Shown here piece by piece: positions 27,059 to 35,777 of a stretch of DNA of 64,000 nucleotides (position 1 is its first letter; the number at the start of each line of letters is the position of its first letter). The position numbers were made by a program, and so were the translations under genes. The notes beneath the pieces were generated by a model. That model ran no database searches. It had not been told where the DNA came from and saw only the letters and a program-made list of their open reading frames with translations. Source of the stretch: Oscillospiraceae bacterium (GTDB lineage Bacteria; Bacillota; Clostridia; Oscillospirales; Oscillospiraceae); assembly GCA_051867615.1 (NCBI GenBank), contig JBJDYU010000013.1, positions 4,863 to 68,862 of the forward strand, given 5' to 3'.

Positions 27059-27562
27059 TCAGTATTCCCGGATGGGGATGGATCCGTCGTCCCCCTGCTT
27101 TTCGATGGAGAGAATCTCCACCGTATAGCGCACGGTGGGGCTTGCCTGCACCACCGCCCGGTCCCCCACATGGAGACCCAAAACCGCCTTGCCGAAGGGG
27201 GATTCCTTGCTCACCACGCCGTGGAGCGGGTCCGTGCGGAGGGTGGTCACCAGCTGGATGGTCAACGTCTTGCCGCTCTCCACCATGCGGACGCCCACCC
27301 TGTCGTACAGGCCCACCTCGTCCTCCTTCGAGTCCTCGGAGATGATCTTCGCGGTCTTGATCATGTTCTCGAGGTAGCGGATGCGGCTGCCGTTTTTGTT
27401 CTTGGCCCGCTTGGCCTCCTTATACTCGAAGTTTTCGCTGAGGTCGCCGAAGGCACGGGTGCGCTTGACCTCCTCCAGCAGCTCCGGCATCAGCTCGCAG
27501 CGGCGGTAGCGCAGCTCCTCCTCCATCTTCTCGATATCCTTCCTCGTCAGCTCGTCATGCAT
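27059..27562 (-). CDS. greA: Transcription elongation factor GreA
   Basis: RAFGDLSENFEYKEAK coiled-coil tip and a C-terminal FKBP-like domain. Confidence 0.93.
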   Translation of the reverse strand: MHDELTRKDIEKMEEELRYRRCELMPELLEEVKRTRAFGDLSENFEYKEAKRAKNKNGSRIRYLENMIKTAKIISEDSKEDEVGLYDRVGVRMVESGKTLTIQLVTTLRTDPLHGVVSKESPFGKAVLGLHVGDRAVVQASPTVRYTVEILSIEKQGDDGSIPIREY

Positions 27563-27644
27563 GGGCGCGTTTCCTCCGTGCTTCGTTTTTTCATTCAGCG
27601 GCAGTATAACATAGTTTCACCCGCTCCGCCAGAGGAAAGGCGCG

Positions 27645-27674
27645 AAAAAGCCCCGCTGCCTGCGCAGCGGGGCT
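27645..27674 (-). terminator. Terminator after the Na/Pi transporter gene
   Basis: AGCCCCGCTGC-N4-GCAGCGGGGCT with TTTTT on the minus strand. Confidence 0.75.
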
Positions 27675-27697
27675 TTGCTTGTTTCGGCGCGCGTCTT

Positions 27698-29452
27698 TCA
27701 GTCTCCCGTGACCAGGGCGTACTTCTTCGCATAGCGCTGGTAGAGGGAGGCGAAGTCGGGGTCCTCCTCCCGCACGGCCTGCAGGTGCTCGTGAAGCTCC
27801 AGACTGGCGTGGGCGATCTCGATGACGCAGCCGGCGATGTTGGAGCAGTGGTCCGCCACGCGTTCCAGATCCGTCAGCACGTCGGACCAGACGAAGCCCG
27901 CCTCAATGGAGCAGCCGCCCTGCTGCAGCCGGCGGATATGACGGGAGCGGAGCTGCTCCTTCAGCGTATCCACCACCTGCTCCAGCGGCTCCACCAGCGC
28001 CGCGGAATGGAGGTCATTCAGCAAGAAAGCATTGAGCGCCAGCTCCAGTATTTCGTCCACGGCGGAGGTGAGGAGCCGCAGCTCCCGCCGGGCGGCGTCG
28101 GAGAAGCGGATGCCCTTGGTCTCCACCTCCTCCACGGACTCCACCAGATTCACCGCATGGTCGGAGATGCGCTCGAAATCCCCGATCAGGTGCAGGAGCT
28201 TGGCGGACTCCGCGTTGTCCTCGCCGCTCATGGGCAGGGCGCTGAGCTTGACAAGGTAGGTACCCAGAATGTCCTCATAGTGGTCCGCCTCGTTCTCCTC
28301 CTCCCGCACCTGCTCCGCCAGCGCGGGGTCGTATTTGTCGAGCTGGGCGATGGCGGTCTTCATGGCGCGGACAGAGGTGTTGGCCATGTCCTCCGCCACC
28401 TTGCGGCAGCGCTCCATGGCGATGGCGGGCGTGGTCATCAGGCGCTCGTCCAGCTCGCTTTTCTTTTCCACCGTTTTGGTCTCGGGGATCAGGCGGAAGG
28501 CCAACTTCTCCAGCCAGCCCGTCAGGGGCAGCAGCAGCGCCGTGCAGAGGAGGTTGAAGGCGGTGTGGGCCACGGCGATGCCGAACTCATCCGCCGGGCC
28601 GTTCACAAAGGCCGGGTGGAGCAGGGCGTTTACGGCGCAGAACACGGTGAGCCACACCGCGGTGCCGATGATGTTGAAGCTCAGATGCACCGCAGCGGCC
28701 CGGCGGGCGTTGCGGGTGGTACCCACGGAGGAGAGCATGGCCGTGACGCAGGTGCCGATGTTCTGGCCCATGATGATGGGGATGGCCGCGCCGAAGGTGA
28801 TCTGCCCGGTGCTGGAGAGGGCCTGCAGAATGCCCACGGAGGCGGAGGAGGACTGGATGATGGCCGTCAGCAGCGCGCCGGCGAAAACGCCCAGAACGGG
28901 GTTTGTAAACAGCGTCAGGATGCTGCGGAACTCCGGCACATCCCGCAGACCCGACACGGCGCCGGACATGGTCTCCATGCCGAACATCAGCGTGGCGAAG
29001 CCAAGCAGAATCATGCCGATATCCCTCTTGCGGCTGCTTTTGGAGGACATATACAGCACGATGCCGATAGCGGCTAAAACAGGCGTAAAGGAGGAGGGCT
29101 TCAGCAGGCGGACAAAGAGGTTGTCGCCCTCGATGCCCGTCAGGCTCAGGATCCAGGCGGTGACCGTGGTGCCCACGTTCGCGCCCATGATGACGTTGAT
29201 GGCCTGCTTTAAGCTCATCAGGCCGGAGTTTACGAAGCCCACCACCATGACCGTGGTGGCGGAGGAGGACTGGATCACCGCCGTCACGCCGAGGCCTGTG
29301 AGAAAGCCCGCCGTCTTGCTGGTGGTCAGGCGGCCCAGCAGCGTTTTCAGGCTGCTGCCGGCGCTCTTTTCCAGATACTCGCCCATGAGGCTCATGCCGA
29401 GCAGAAACAGGCTCAGCCCGCCGATGAGATTCAATACGTCAAAAATATCCAT
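27698..29452 (-). CDS. Na/Pi cotransporter family protein with C-terminal PhoU-like domain
   Basis: Duplicated TAVIQSSSATTVM / TAIIQSSSASVGI motifs. PhoU-like repeats (ERISDHAVN, ERVADHCSNIA). Confidence 0.9.
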   Translation of the reverse strand: MDIFDVLNLIGGLSLFLLGMSLMGEYLEKSAGSSLKTLLGRLTTSKTAGFLTGLGVTAVIQSSSATTVMVVGFVNSGLMSLKQAINVIMGANVGTTVTAWILSLTGIEGDNLFVRLLKPSSFTPVLAAIGIVLYMSSKSSRKRDIGMILLGFATLMFGMETMSGAVSGLRDVPEFRSILTLFTNPVLGVFAGALLTAIIQSSSASVGILQALSSTGQITFGAAIPIIMGQNIGTCVTAMLSSVGTTRNARRAAAVHLSFNIIGTAVWLTVFCAVNALLHPAFVNGPADEFGIAVAHTAFNLLCTALLLPLTGWLEKLAFRLIPETKTVEKKSELDERLMTTPAIAMERCRKVAEDMANTSVRAMKTAIAQLDKYDPALAEQVREEENEADHYEDILGTYLVKLSALPMSGEDNAESAKLLHLIGDFERISDHAVNLVESVEEVETKGIRFSDAARRELRLLTSAVDEILELALNAFLLNDLHSAALVEPLEQVVDTLKEQLRSRHIRRLQQGGCSIEAGFVWSDVLTDLERVADHCSNIAGCVIEIAHASLELHEHLQAVREEDPDFASLYQRYAKKYALVTGD

Positions 29453-29553
29453 TCCGTTTGCTTCCTTTCCCCCGAAGGATAGGATTTCCCCGGCTTCCTA
29501 TTTATATTCCGCTGTCAGTGTAAACGGGCCACCTTAAATCTGAAACCAGAATC

Positions 29554-29573
29554 AGGTTAAATCCAGGTTAAAT
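29554..29573 (-). promoter_or_regulatory. Pho-box-like tandem direct repeat upstream of the Na/Pi transporter
   Basis: On the minus strand, ATTTAACCT repeated with an 11-bp period (TTTAAC-N5-TTTAAC), followed by TTTCAG 16 nt further on. Same layout as at 32846-32864. Confidence 0.45.
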
Positions 29574-29574
29574 G

Positions 29575-29745
29575 TTATACTAAAACCTGATAAAAAGATT
29601 AAAAAGCTTTTTATAGCGCGAAGCGCGTCAGGTTTTTATGAGACGTGGTGGCGCACGGTACGTGCGCCACCAGCGTGCGAAGCACGCGGGATTTCAAATA
29701 AAGCATTTTATTTGAAATCAGTATTAATTTTCGTGTAAAAAGCGT
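29575..29745. repeat. Intergenic hairpin island B
   Basis: Perfect hairpins GGTGGCGCACG-GTA-CGTGCGCCACC (29647-29671) and GATTTCAAATAAA-GCAT-TTTATTTGAAATC (29690-29719), CGTGC-GAA-GCACG, and a nested AAAACCTGA...TCAGGTTTT. Confidence 0.55.
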
Positions 29746-29774
29746 AAAAAAACGGGGCCGTTTTCACGGCCCCG
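29746..29774 (-). terminator. Rho-independent terminator of the phoP-phoR-HD operon
   Basis: On the minus strand: CGGGGCCG-TGAAAA-CGGCCCCG followed by TTTTTTT. Confidence 0.85.
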
Positions 29775-29792
29775 CTGCGCTGTTCACTTGCC

Positions 29793-30452
29793 TTACATCA
29801 GCTGCTGCTCGTTGATCATGAGCTTGAACTCCAGCCCCAGCGTCTCCGCCGCCTTGCGGCAGAGCAGCATCCGCTGCATGAAGATCTCAAAATACTCCAT
29901 CACGGAGCTGTAGTGGGTGTCCACGGAGAGCTTCAGCTTCACCAGCGTATGGCTCTCGTTGATCTTCAGCTCCGCCTTTTTCACGGAATAATTCACCCGG
30001 TCGTGGATGTCAAAATGGTTCTCGTCCCGGTTGCGGACGCGGCTGCGCCGCACGTCGGACTTATCCGCCAGGATCAGCGCCGCCGCCATGGGGCTCACCG
30101 GCTTGCCGGTGCCCTCGTCGTGGTTGCCGATGGCGGTGACGATCTCGCTGATCTCCGCCGGCTCCATGCCCAGGTTGTCGAGGATGCGGAAGGCCATGAC
30201 CGCGCCGCTCTGGGAGTGGTCAATGCGGTTGACGAGATTCCCGATGTCGTGCAGGTAGGCCGCGATCTGGGCTAGCTCGATGACCCGGGCAGGATAGCCC
30301 AGGGTCTGCAGGATATAGCGGCACTTGTCCGCCACCAGCCCCACATGGGCGAAGCTGTGCTCCGTAAAGCCCAGCGCGACCAGCGACTCGTCCGCCTTGC
30401 GGATATAGGTGTTGATGGCCTCGTTATGGCGGATCTCTTCATAGGTGATCAT
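29793..30452 (-). CDS. HD-domain phosphohydrolase-like protein
   Basis: HSFAHV...AAYLHDIGN...GNHDE (HD motif). ATG at 30452 follows AAGGAG. The track start at 30701 overlaps the kinase gene. Confidence 0.8.
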   Translation of the reverse strand: MITYEEIRHNEAINTYIRKADESLVALGFTEHSFAHVGLVADKCRYILQTLGYPARVIELAQIAAYLHDIGNLVNRIDHSQSGAVMAFRILDNLGMEPAEISEIVTAIGNHDEGTGKPVSPMAAALILADKSDVRRSRVRNRDENHFDIHDRVNYSVKKAELKINESHTLVKLKLSVDTHYSSVMEYFEIFMQRMLLCRKAAETLGLEFKLMINEQQLM

Positions 30453-30456
30453 GCGT

Positions 30457-32103
30457 TCACTCCTTAAATATGACGGTGATGGCGGTGCCCTGTCCCGGCT
30501 CGCTTTGCAGCTCCAGCCGGGCGTTGTGGTACTGGGCCGCGTGCTTGACGATGGAAAGGCCCAGGCCCGTGCCGCCGATGGCGCGGCTGTGGCTCTTGTC
30601 CACCCGGTAAAAGCGCTCAAAGACCCGCTTCTGGTGGGCGTAGGGGATGCCGATGCCGGTGTCCGAGACGCAAAGCCGGGTCTCCCGCTCGCCCTTCGCA
30701 ATGGAAACGGTGACGCTGCCGCCCTCCCGGTTATACTTGATGGCGTTGTCGCAGAGGTTATAGAGCATTTCGCCCAGCAGCGAGCGGACGCCGGTGATCC
30801 ACGCCTCGTCCCCGGTGAGGGACAGGGTCACGCCCTTCTTCTCCGCCAGAGCGTGCAGGCTCTCCAGCGTCTCGTCCGCGAGAGCGCGCAGCTCCACCCG
30901 CTCCCGCTCCATGGGGGCGCTGCCCTCGTCCAGGCGGGAGAGGTCGATGATATCGTCCACCAGGGCGATGAGGCGGCTGGACTCCCGGTAGATGTCCCCG
31001 GAGAATTCCTTCATCTTCTCCAGCGGCACCAGTCCCTCCTTCATCAGCTCCGCAAAGCCGGAGATGGAGGTCAGAGGCGTCTTCAGCTCGTGGGATACAT
31101 TGGCGGTGAATTCCCTCCGCAGGGCCTCCCGCTCCTGCCGCTCCGTCACGTCCATCATGATGACCACCACGCCCGTCACCTGTCCGTCGGCCACCACCGG
31201 GTTCGCCACCACCTGATAAGTGCCGCTCTCCGGCGTCAGCAGCATCTCCGCGTGCTCCCCGGCCAGGGCCGCCGTGGCGGCGCTGAGGATCTCTCCCCGG
31301 CATACGCTCTGGCGCAGGCTCGACACCTCCGCCCCGGAGGAAAGCAGCTGCAGGGCGCTGCGGTTGCCCGAGAGGATGTTCAGCCGCTGGTCCACCAGCA
31401 GAAAGCCCTCCCGCATATTGTCGGTGATGGCTGCAAATTCCCGCTGCCGCGTCCGCAGCTCCTCCATCTGCCGGCGGATGGTGCGGTTCTGCTCCCGGAT
31501 GCGGCCCACCAGCGGCTCCAGCTCCGGATAGACGCTGCCTGCGGCGGGATCGCCCAGATCCATGCGGTTGATGGGCCGGACGATCTGCCGCGCCAGCCGG
31601 TAGGCCAGCAGCAGGGAAAAGCCCAGCGCCAGCAGCACCACCCACAAAAGCGGCCAGACCATGCGCAGCAGGCCCGCCGCCACCGTCTCCTGTGTGCAGG
31701 AAAGGCGCACCACCGTCCCGTCGGCGAGACGCTCGGCATAGTACAGGGTCTTTTCCATCAGCGTGCCGGACTCATGGGAGCTTTGGCCGCTGCCCTCCGA
31801 CAGGGCCGCCGCCACCTCCTCCCGGTCCAGATGGTTCTCCATCTGCGCCGCGTCCGCCGCGCTGTCATACAGCACCGTGCCGTCCGCCGCGATCCAGGTC
31901 AGGCGCTCGTCCGTCTTGAGAGTCCTGAGATAGTCTCCGCCCATCAGCTCCATGCCGTGGGCCACATAGTCCGTCTTCACGGCCAGCTCAGCGAACACCT
32001 GCCGCTCCTGATACTCATACTGCGCCCCCAGCAGCAGCGTGCAGCTCAGCAGCAGCACCACCAGCCCCGCGAGAAAAATACTGCGGAAAATACGGCTCGT
32101 CAT
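30457..32103 (-). CDS. phoR: PhoR-like sensor histidine kinase
   Basis: TM, extracytoplasmic domain, TM, PAS, HisKA (SHELKTPLTSISGFAELM), HATPase (DTGIGI, GGTGLGLSIV). The Pho assignment rests on context. Confidence 0.6.
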   Translation of the reverse strand: MTSRIFRSIFLAGLVVLLLSCTLLLGAQYEYQERQVFAELAVKTDYVAHGMELMGGDYLRTLKTDERLTWIAADGTVLYDSAADAAQMENHLDREEVAAALSEGSGQSSHESGTLMEKTLYYAERLADGTVVRLSCTQETVAAGLLRMVWPLLWVVLLALGFSLLLAYRLARQIVRPINRMDLGDPAAGSVYPELEPLVGRIREQNRTIRRQMEELRTRQREFAAITDNMREGFLLVDQRLNILSGNRSALQLLSSGAEVSSLRQSVCRGEILSAATAALAGEHAEMLLTPESGTYQVVANPVVADGQVTGVVVIMMDVTERQEREALRREFTANVSHELKTPLTSISGFAELMKEGLVPLEKMKEFSGDIYRESSRLIALVDDIIDLSRLDEGSAPMERERVELRALADETLESLHALAEKKGVTLSLTGDEAWITGVRSLLGEMLYNLCDNAIKYNREGGSVTVSIAKGERETRLCVSDTGIGIPYAHQKRVFERFYRVDKSHSRAIGGTGLGLSIVKHAAQYHNARLELQSEPGQGTAITVIFKE

Positions 32104-32774
32104 ACGCCTTCTCCGATCTTATAGCCCACGCCCCGCACCGTTTCGATGCAGCGGCCCGCCTCGCCCAGCTTCGACCGCAGGGTGCGGATATGCACGTCCA
32201 GCGTCCGGTTCTCCCGGTCCAGCTCGCAGCCCCAGACGCGGTCCATCAGGGTGCCGCGGGTCAGCACCACGCCCCGGTTTTCCAGCAGCAGGCACAAAAG
32301 CTCAAACTCCTTATAGGTCAGGGGCACGTCCTTCTCCCCCACGCGCACGATGTGCTTCTCCGGGCAGACGTACAGCTCCCCCACCCGGTACTCCGTGCAG
32401 GCGGACTCCGTCTCCGTGCGGCGCAGCACCGCCCGCACCCGGGCCACCAGCTCCATCATGCCGAAGGGCTTGGAAACGAAGTCGTCCGCCCCCTCGTCCA
32501 GACCCACTACCCGGTCGTACTCCGTATTCTTCGCCGTGAGCATAATGACCGGCAGGCGGCGGGTGGCGCTGGCGAGGCGCAGCTTCCGCAGGACGGACAA
32601 TCCGTCCTCCTCCGGCAGCATGATATCCAGCAGCACCAGCTCCGGCTGCTCCTGGGCCATGGCCTTCCAGAAGGCGGAGGGCAGGGCGAAGCCCCTGGCC
32701 TGGTACCCCTGGCTCTCCAGCGTGTACACCACCAGCTTGCGGATGCTGTCGTCGTCCTCCAAGAGATAAATCAT
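32100..32774 (-). CDS. phoP: OmpR/PhoB-family response regulator
   Basis: Receiver LLDIMLPEEDG and winged-helix VHIRTLRSKL...VRGVGYK. ATGA-type overlap with the kinase gene. Confidence 0.6.
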   Translation of the reverse strand: MIYLLEDDDSIRKLVVYTLESQGYQARGFALPSAFWKAMAQEQPELVLLDIMLPEEDGLSVLRKLRLASATRRLPVIMLTAKNTEYDRVVGLDEGADDFVSKPFGMMELVARVRAVLRRTETESACTEYRVGELYVCPEKHIVRVGEKDVPLTYKEFELLCLLLENRGVVLTRGTLMDRVWGCELDRENRTLDVHIRTLRSKLGEAGRCIETVRGVGYKIGEGV

Positions 32775-32845
32775 GCGCTCACCCCGCTATTCTCCCATCT
32801 TTCCTCACAGTATAGGGGAAATGTGTAAAATGCGAAACCCGTTTC

Positions 32846-32864
32846 ATGTTAAATTTATGTTAAA
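32846..32864 (-). promoter_or_regulatory. Pho-box-like tandem direct repeat in the phoP / Na-Pi divergent region
   Basis: On the minus strand, TTTAACAT repeated with an 11-bp period, then TTTCGC 16 nt on. TATACT -10 at 32809-32814. A plus-strand TGcTATACT lies at 32930-32938. Confidence 0.45.
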
Positions 32865-33023
32865 ATCGGAGAAAAGTCAATTTCCGCCGTGAAAAAAACA
32901 AAGATATATTTCCCCATTTTCTTTTTCTCTGCTATACTATATTTGAAAAAATATGGGGTCGTATGCGCTGAACTGCGCCGCCCCGGCTGAAAAAGAACGA
33001 AAGAAGATGGGAGCGTGATCGGA

Positions 33024-34808
33024 ATGGGCCTTTCCAATGTCATCTCGCTGCTGGGCGGCGTGGCGCTGTTCCTTTTCGGCATGACGCTGATGGGCGATGG
33101 CCTGAAAAACGTGGCCGGCAGCAAGCTGGAGCTGGTGCTGTACAAGCTCACCAGCTCGCCCTGGAAGGGGCTGCTGCTGGGTACTGCCGTCACCGCTGTG
33201 ATCCAGTCCTCCTCCGCCACGTCGGTGATGGTGGTGGGCTTCGTCAACTCCGGCATGATGCAGTTCCGCCAGGCCATCGGCATCGTTCTGGGCGCGACGC
33301 TGGGCACCAGCGTCACGGGCTGGATCATCTGCCTGTCCGACCTGGGCGCCGGCGGCGGCTGGATCTCCCTGCTCTCCACCGCCACACTCACCGGCGTCAT
33401 CGCCGTGGTGGGCATCATCCTGCGTATGTTCTGCAAGTCCCCGGTCAAGCACCATGTGGGCGATATCCTCATGGGCTTCGCCGTCCTCATGTTCGGCATG
33501 AGCGCCATGAGCGGCTCCATGGCCCCGCTGAAGGAGAACGAGGAGTTCATCCGCATCCTCACCTCCTTCTCCAATCCCCTGCTGGGCATTCTCGTGGGCG
33601 CGGCCTTCACCGCGGTGCTGCAGAGCGCCTCCGCCGCAGTCGGTATCGTGCAGGCTCTGGCGGGCACCGGGGCGCTGACCTTCTCCGCCGCCTTCCCCCT
33701 GCTCATGGGCATCGGCATCGGCGCGGCGGTGCCTGTGCTGCTCTCCGCTCTGGGCGCCAACATCAACGGCAAGCGCACCGCCTTTGTCTACCTCCTCATC
33801 GAGGTGCTGGGCGTGGTCGTGTTTGGGCCGGTGGTCTATGGCATCAACGCTGTCTTCCCCCTGCCCTTCATGGACATGGCCATGACCACCGCGGGCATCG
33901 CCGCCCTCAACAGCCTGTTCCGTCTCGCTACGCTTCTGGTCCTCGCGCCCTGCATCGGCCTGATGGACAGGCTCAGCTGTCTCGTCATCAAGGACAAGCC
34001 AGAGGCCTCGCTGCCCGACATGGAGCGGCTGGAGGAGCGCTTCCTCCAGCATCCGGCGCTGGCCATCGAGCAGAGCCGCACCGTCATCAACTCCATGGCC
34101 CAGAAGGCGCAGGAAAACCTGTTTGAAGCCTTCGCCCTGCTGGAGAACTATAGCGATGCGGGCTTCGCCCGGGTGGCGGAGCTGGAGGCCATCGTGGACC
34201 GCTATGAGGACAAGCTGGGCACCTACCTTGTGAGCATCTCCCAGCGGGAGCTGAGCAGCAAGCAGAACGAGGATATGTGCGAATTCCTCCACACCATCTC
34301 CGATTTTGAGCGCATCTCCGACCACGCGCTGAACATCGCGGAGACCGCCCGGGAGATCCACCAGAAGAATCTCGTATTCTCAGACGCCGCCGCACGGGAG
34401 CTGTCCGTCATGCAGCGGGCGGTGTCGGAGATCGTCTCCATCTCCGTACAGGCCTTCCAGGACAAGGATCTTGACTGCGCCCGCCGGGTGGAGCCGCTGG
34501 AGGAGCTGATCGACAGCCTCTGCGACGAGATGAAGCTGCACCACATCGACCGGCTGCAGAAGGGCATCTGCACCCTGCATCAGGGCTTTGTGTTCAACGA
34601 CCTGCTGACCAACTACGAGCGCGTGTCGGACCACTGCTCCAACATCGCCGTGGCCCTCATCGAGCTGGACTCCGACGCCTTCGACACCCACGAGTACCTC
34701 AAGAGCCTGCGGGAAATGCGGGACTCCGCTTTCGCCCGGTATTTTGAGGAGTACCGCCAGAAATACACCCTGGACTCCCCCGCTCCCGCCTCCAGCCGGG
34801 AAACGTGA
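33024..34808 (+). CDS. Second Na/Pi cotransporter family protein with PhoU-like domain
   Basis: TAVIQSSSATSVM / TAVLQSASAAVGI and PhoU-like ERISDHALNIA / ERVSDHCSNIA. ATG at 33024; an alternative GTG at 33015. Confidence 0.9.
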   Translation: MGLSNVISLLGGVALFLFGMTLMGDGLKNVAGSKLELVLYKLTSSPWKGLLLGTAVTAVIQSSSATSVMVVGFVNSGMMQFRQAIGIVLGATLGTSVTGWIICLSDLGAGGGWISLLSTATLTGVIAVVGIILRMFCKSPVKHHVGDILMGFAVLMFGMSAMSGSMAPLKENEEFIRILTSFSNPLLGILVGAAFTAVLQSASAAVGIVQALAGTGALTFSAAFPLLMGIGIGAAVPVLLSALGANINGKRTAFVYLLIEVLGVVVFGPVVYGINAVFPLPFMDMAMTTAGIAALNSLFRLATLLVLAPCIGLMDRLSCLVIKDKPEASLPDMERLEERFLQHPALAIEQSRTVINSMAQKAQENLFEAFALLENYSDAGFARVAELEAIVDRYEDKLGTYLVSISQRELSSKQNEDMCEFLHTISDFERISDHALNIAETAREIHQKNLVFSDAAARELSVMQRAVSEIVSISVQAFQDKDLDCARRVEPLEELIDSLCDEMKLHHIDRLQKGICTLHQGFVFNDLLTNYERVSDHCSNIAVALIELDSDAFDTHEYLKSLREMRDSAFARYFEEYRQKYTLDSPAPASSRET

Positions 34809-34820
34809 TATGACGAAAAG

Positions 34821-34860
34821 CCGCCGGGACGCTGTGTGCGCCCCGGCGGTCTTTGTTTTC
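34821..34860 (+). terminator. Rho-independent terminator
   Basis: CCGCCGGG-N13-CCCGGCGG followed by TCTTTGTTTT. Confidence 0.65.
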
Positions 34861-34946
34861 GATATTCGATAAAAGTACGTTTCTTTTTGTGCCTGCCGCA
34901 CCCACTCCGGGAAGCAACCACACGCCGGACCGCCGACAGACCCCTC

Positions 34947-35591
34947 TCACTTCAGCAGGCAGCCCTCCACCGCCCGGCGGACACAGTTGAGGAAGCTGAT
35001 GCGGCTGCGCTCCGTCTCCTCCTCCGTCCACTCCCGGTCCAGCAGCTCCTTGAGATAGCCCATGAACAGATGGATCATCAGGGAGTTGAGATACCGCGCG
35101 TCCTCCCGGGTGATCCACCCATCCTCGGCGCAGCGGGAGATGAGCAGAAAGTCCCGGCGGTCAAAGCTGCCGTCGGTGAACACCGCCGCCAGCGCCGGCT
35201 CGATACACGCCAGATCCTCGGGAAAGATGGCGTAGTAGCTGCGGAAGATCTCCCCGATCTCCCGGCTGTGCCGCCCGAAAAAGAGCTTGTCGAACAGCTG
35301 CGGATGGGCAAAGGAGTGTCTGGAAAAGCAGTCCCACACCATGAGATAGGTCTGCAGCGTGTTTTCCGACTGCTCATAGCACTTCGCCACGTCCTCCAGA
35401 TACCCCGTGAGGTAGCGCAGCGAGGCGTAGGTCACCAGCTCGTCCAGGTCCTCGAAGTAATGATAGATGTTGGCCGTGTTGCAGCCCATCTCCCGGCCGA
35501 TCCGCCGGATGCTGACCGCCTCCACTCCCTCGGTGGAGATCAGGCGGTAGGTCTCCTCGATAAAGCGTTTTTGTGAAACATCCTCCCGCAC
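34947..35591 (-). CDS. TetR-family transcriptional regulator
   Basis: HTH VSIRRIGREMGCNTANIYHYFEDLDEL. Proposed GTG start at 35591 follows GGGGGAGAG. The track start at 35615 would overlap the predicted -10. Confidence 0.75.
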   Translation of the reverse strand: MREDVSQKRFIEETYRLISTEGVEAVSIRRIGREMGCNTANIYHYFEDLDELVTYASLRYLTGYLEDVAKCYEQSENTLQTYLMVWDCFSRHSFAHPQLFDKLFFGRHSREIGEIFRSYYAIFPEDLACIEPALAAVFTDGSFDRRDFLLISRCAEDGWITREDARYLNSLMIHLFMGYLKELLDREWTEEETERSRISFLNCVRRAVEGCLLK

Positions 35592-35618
35592 GCGCTCTCC
35601 CCCCTTTCCACACAAGGA

Positions 35619-35630
35619 TAATCGCGATTA
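35619..35630. promoter_or_regulatory. Perfect 12-bp palindrome, candidate TetR operator
   Basis: TAATCGCGATTA sits inside a minus-strand promoter: TTGACA (35638-35643), 17 nt, TATCCT (35615-35620). Confidence 0.5.
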
Positions 35631-35777
35631 GCTTTTCTGTCAAGCCGTCTTTCCCCGCTCTTTGGGCCGCTTTTGCAGAAAACGCCCTCCGCCCTTTTCA
35701 AATCGGAAATCCTGTGGTACAATGATATGTCAGAAAATAATCGTTCTTCCCCGTGGGACCGGAAAGGAGGGTTCGGG

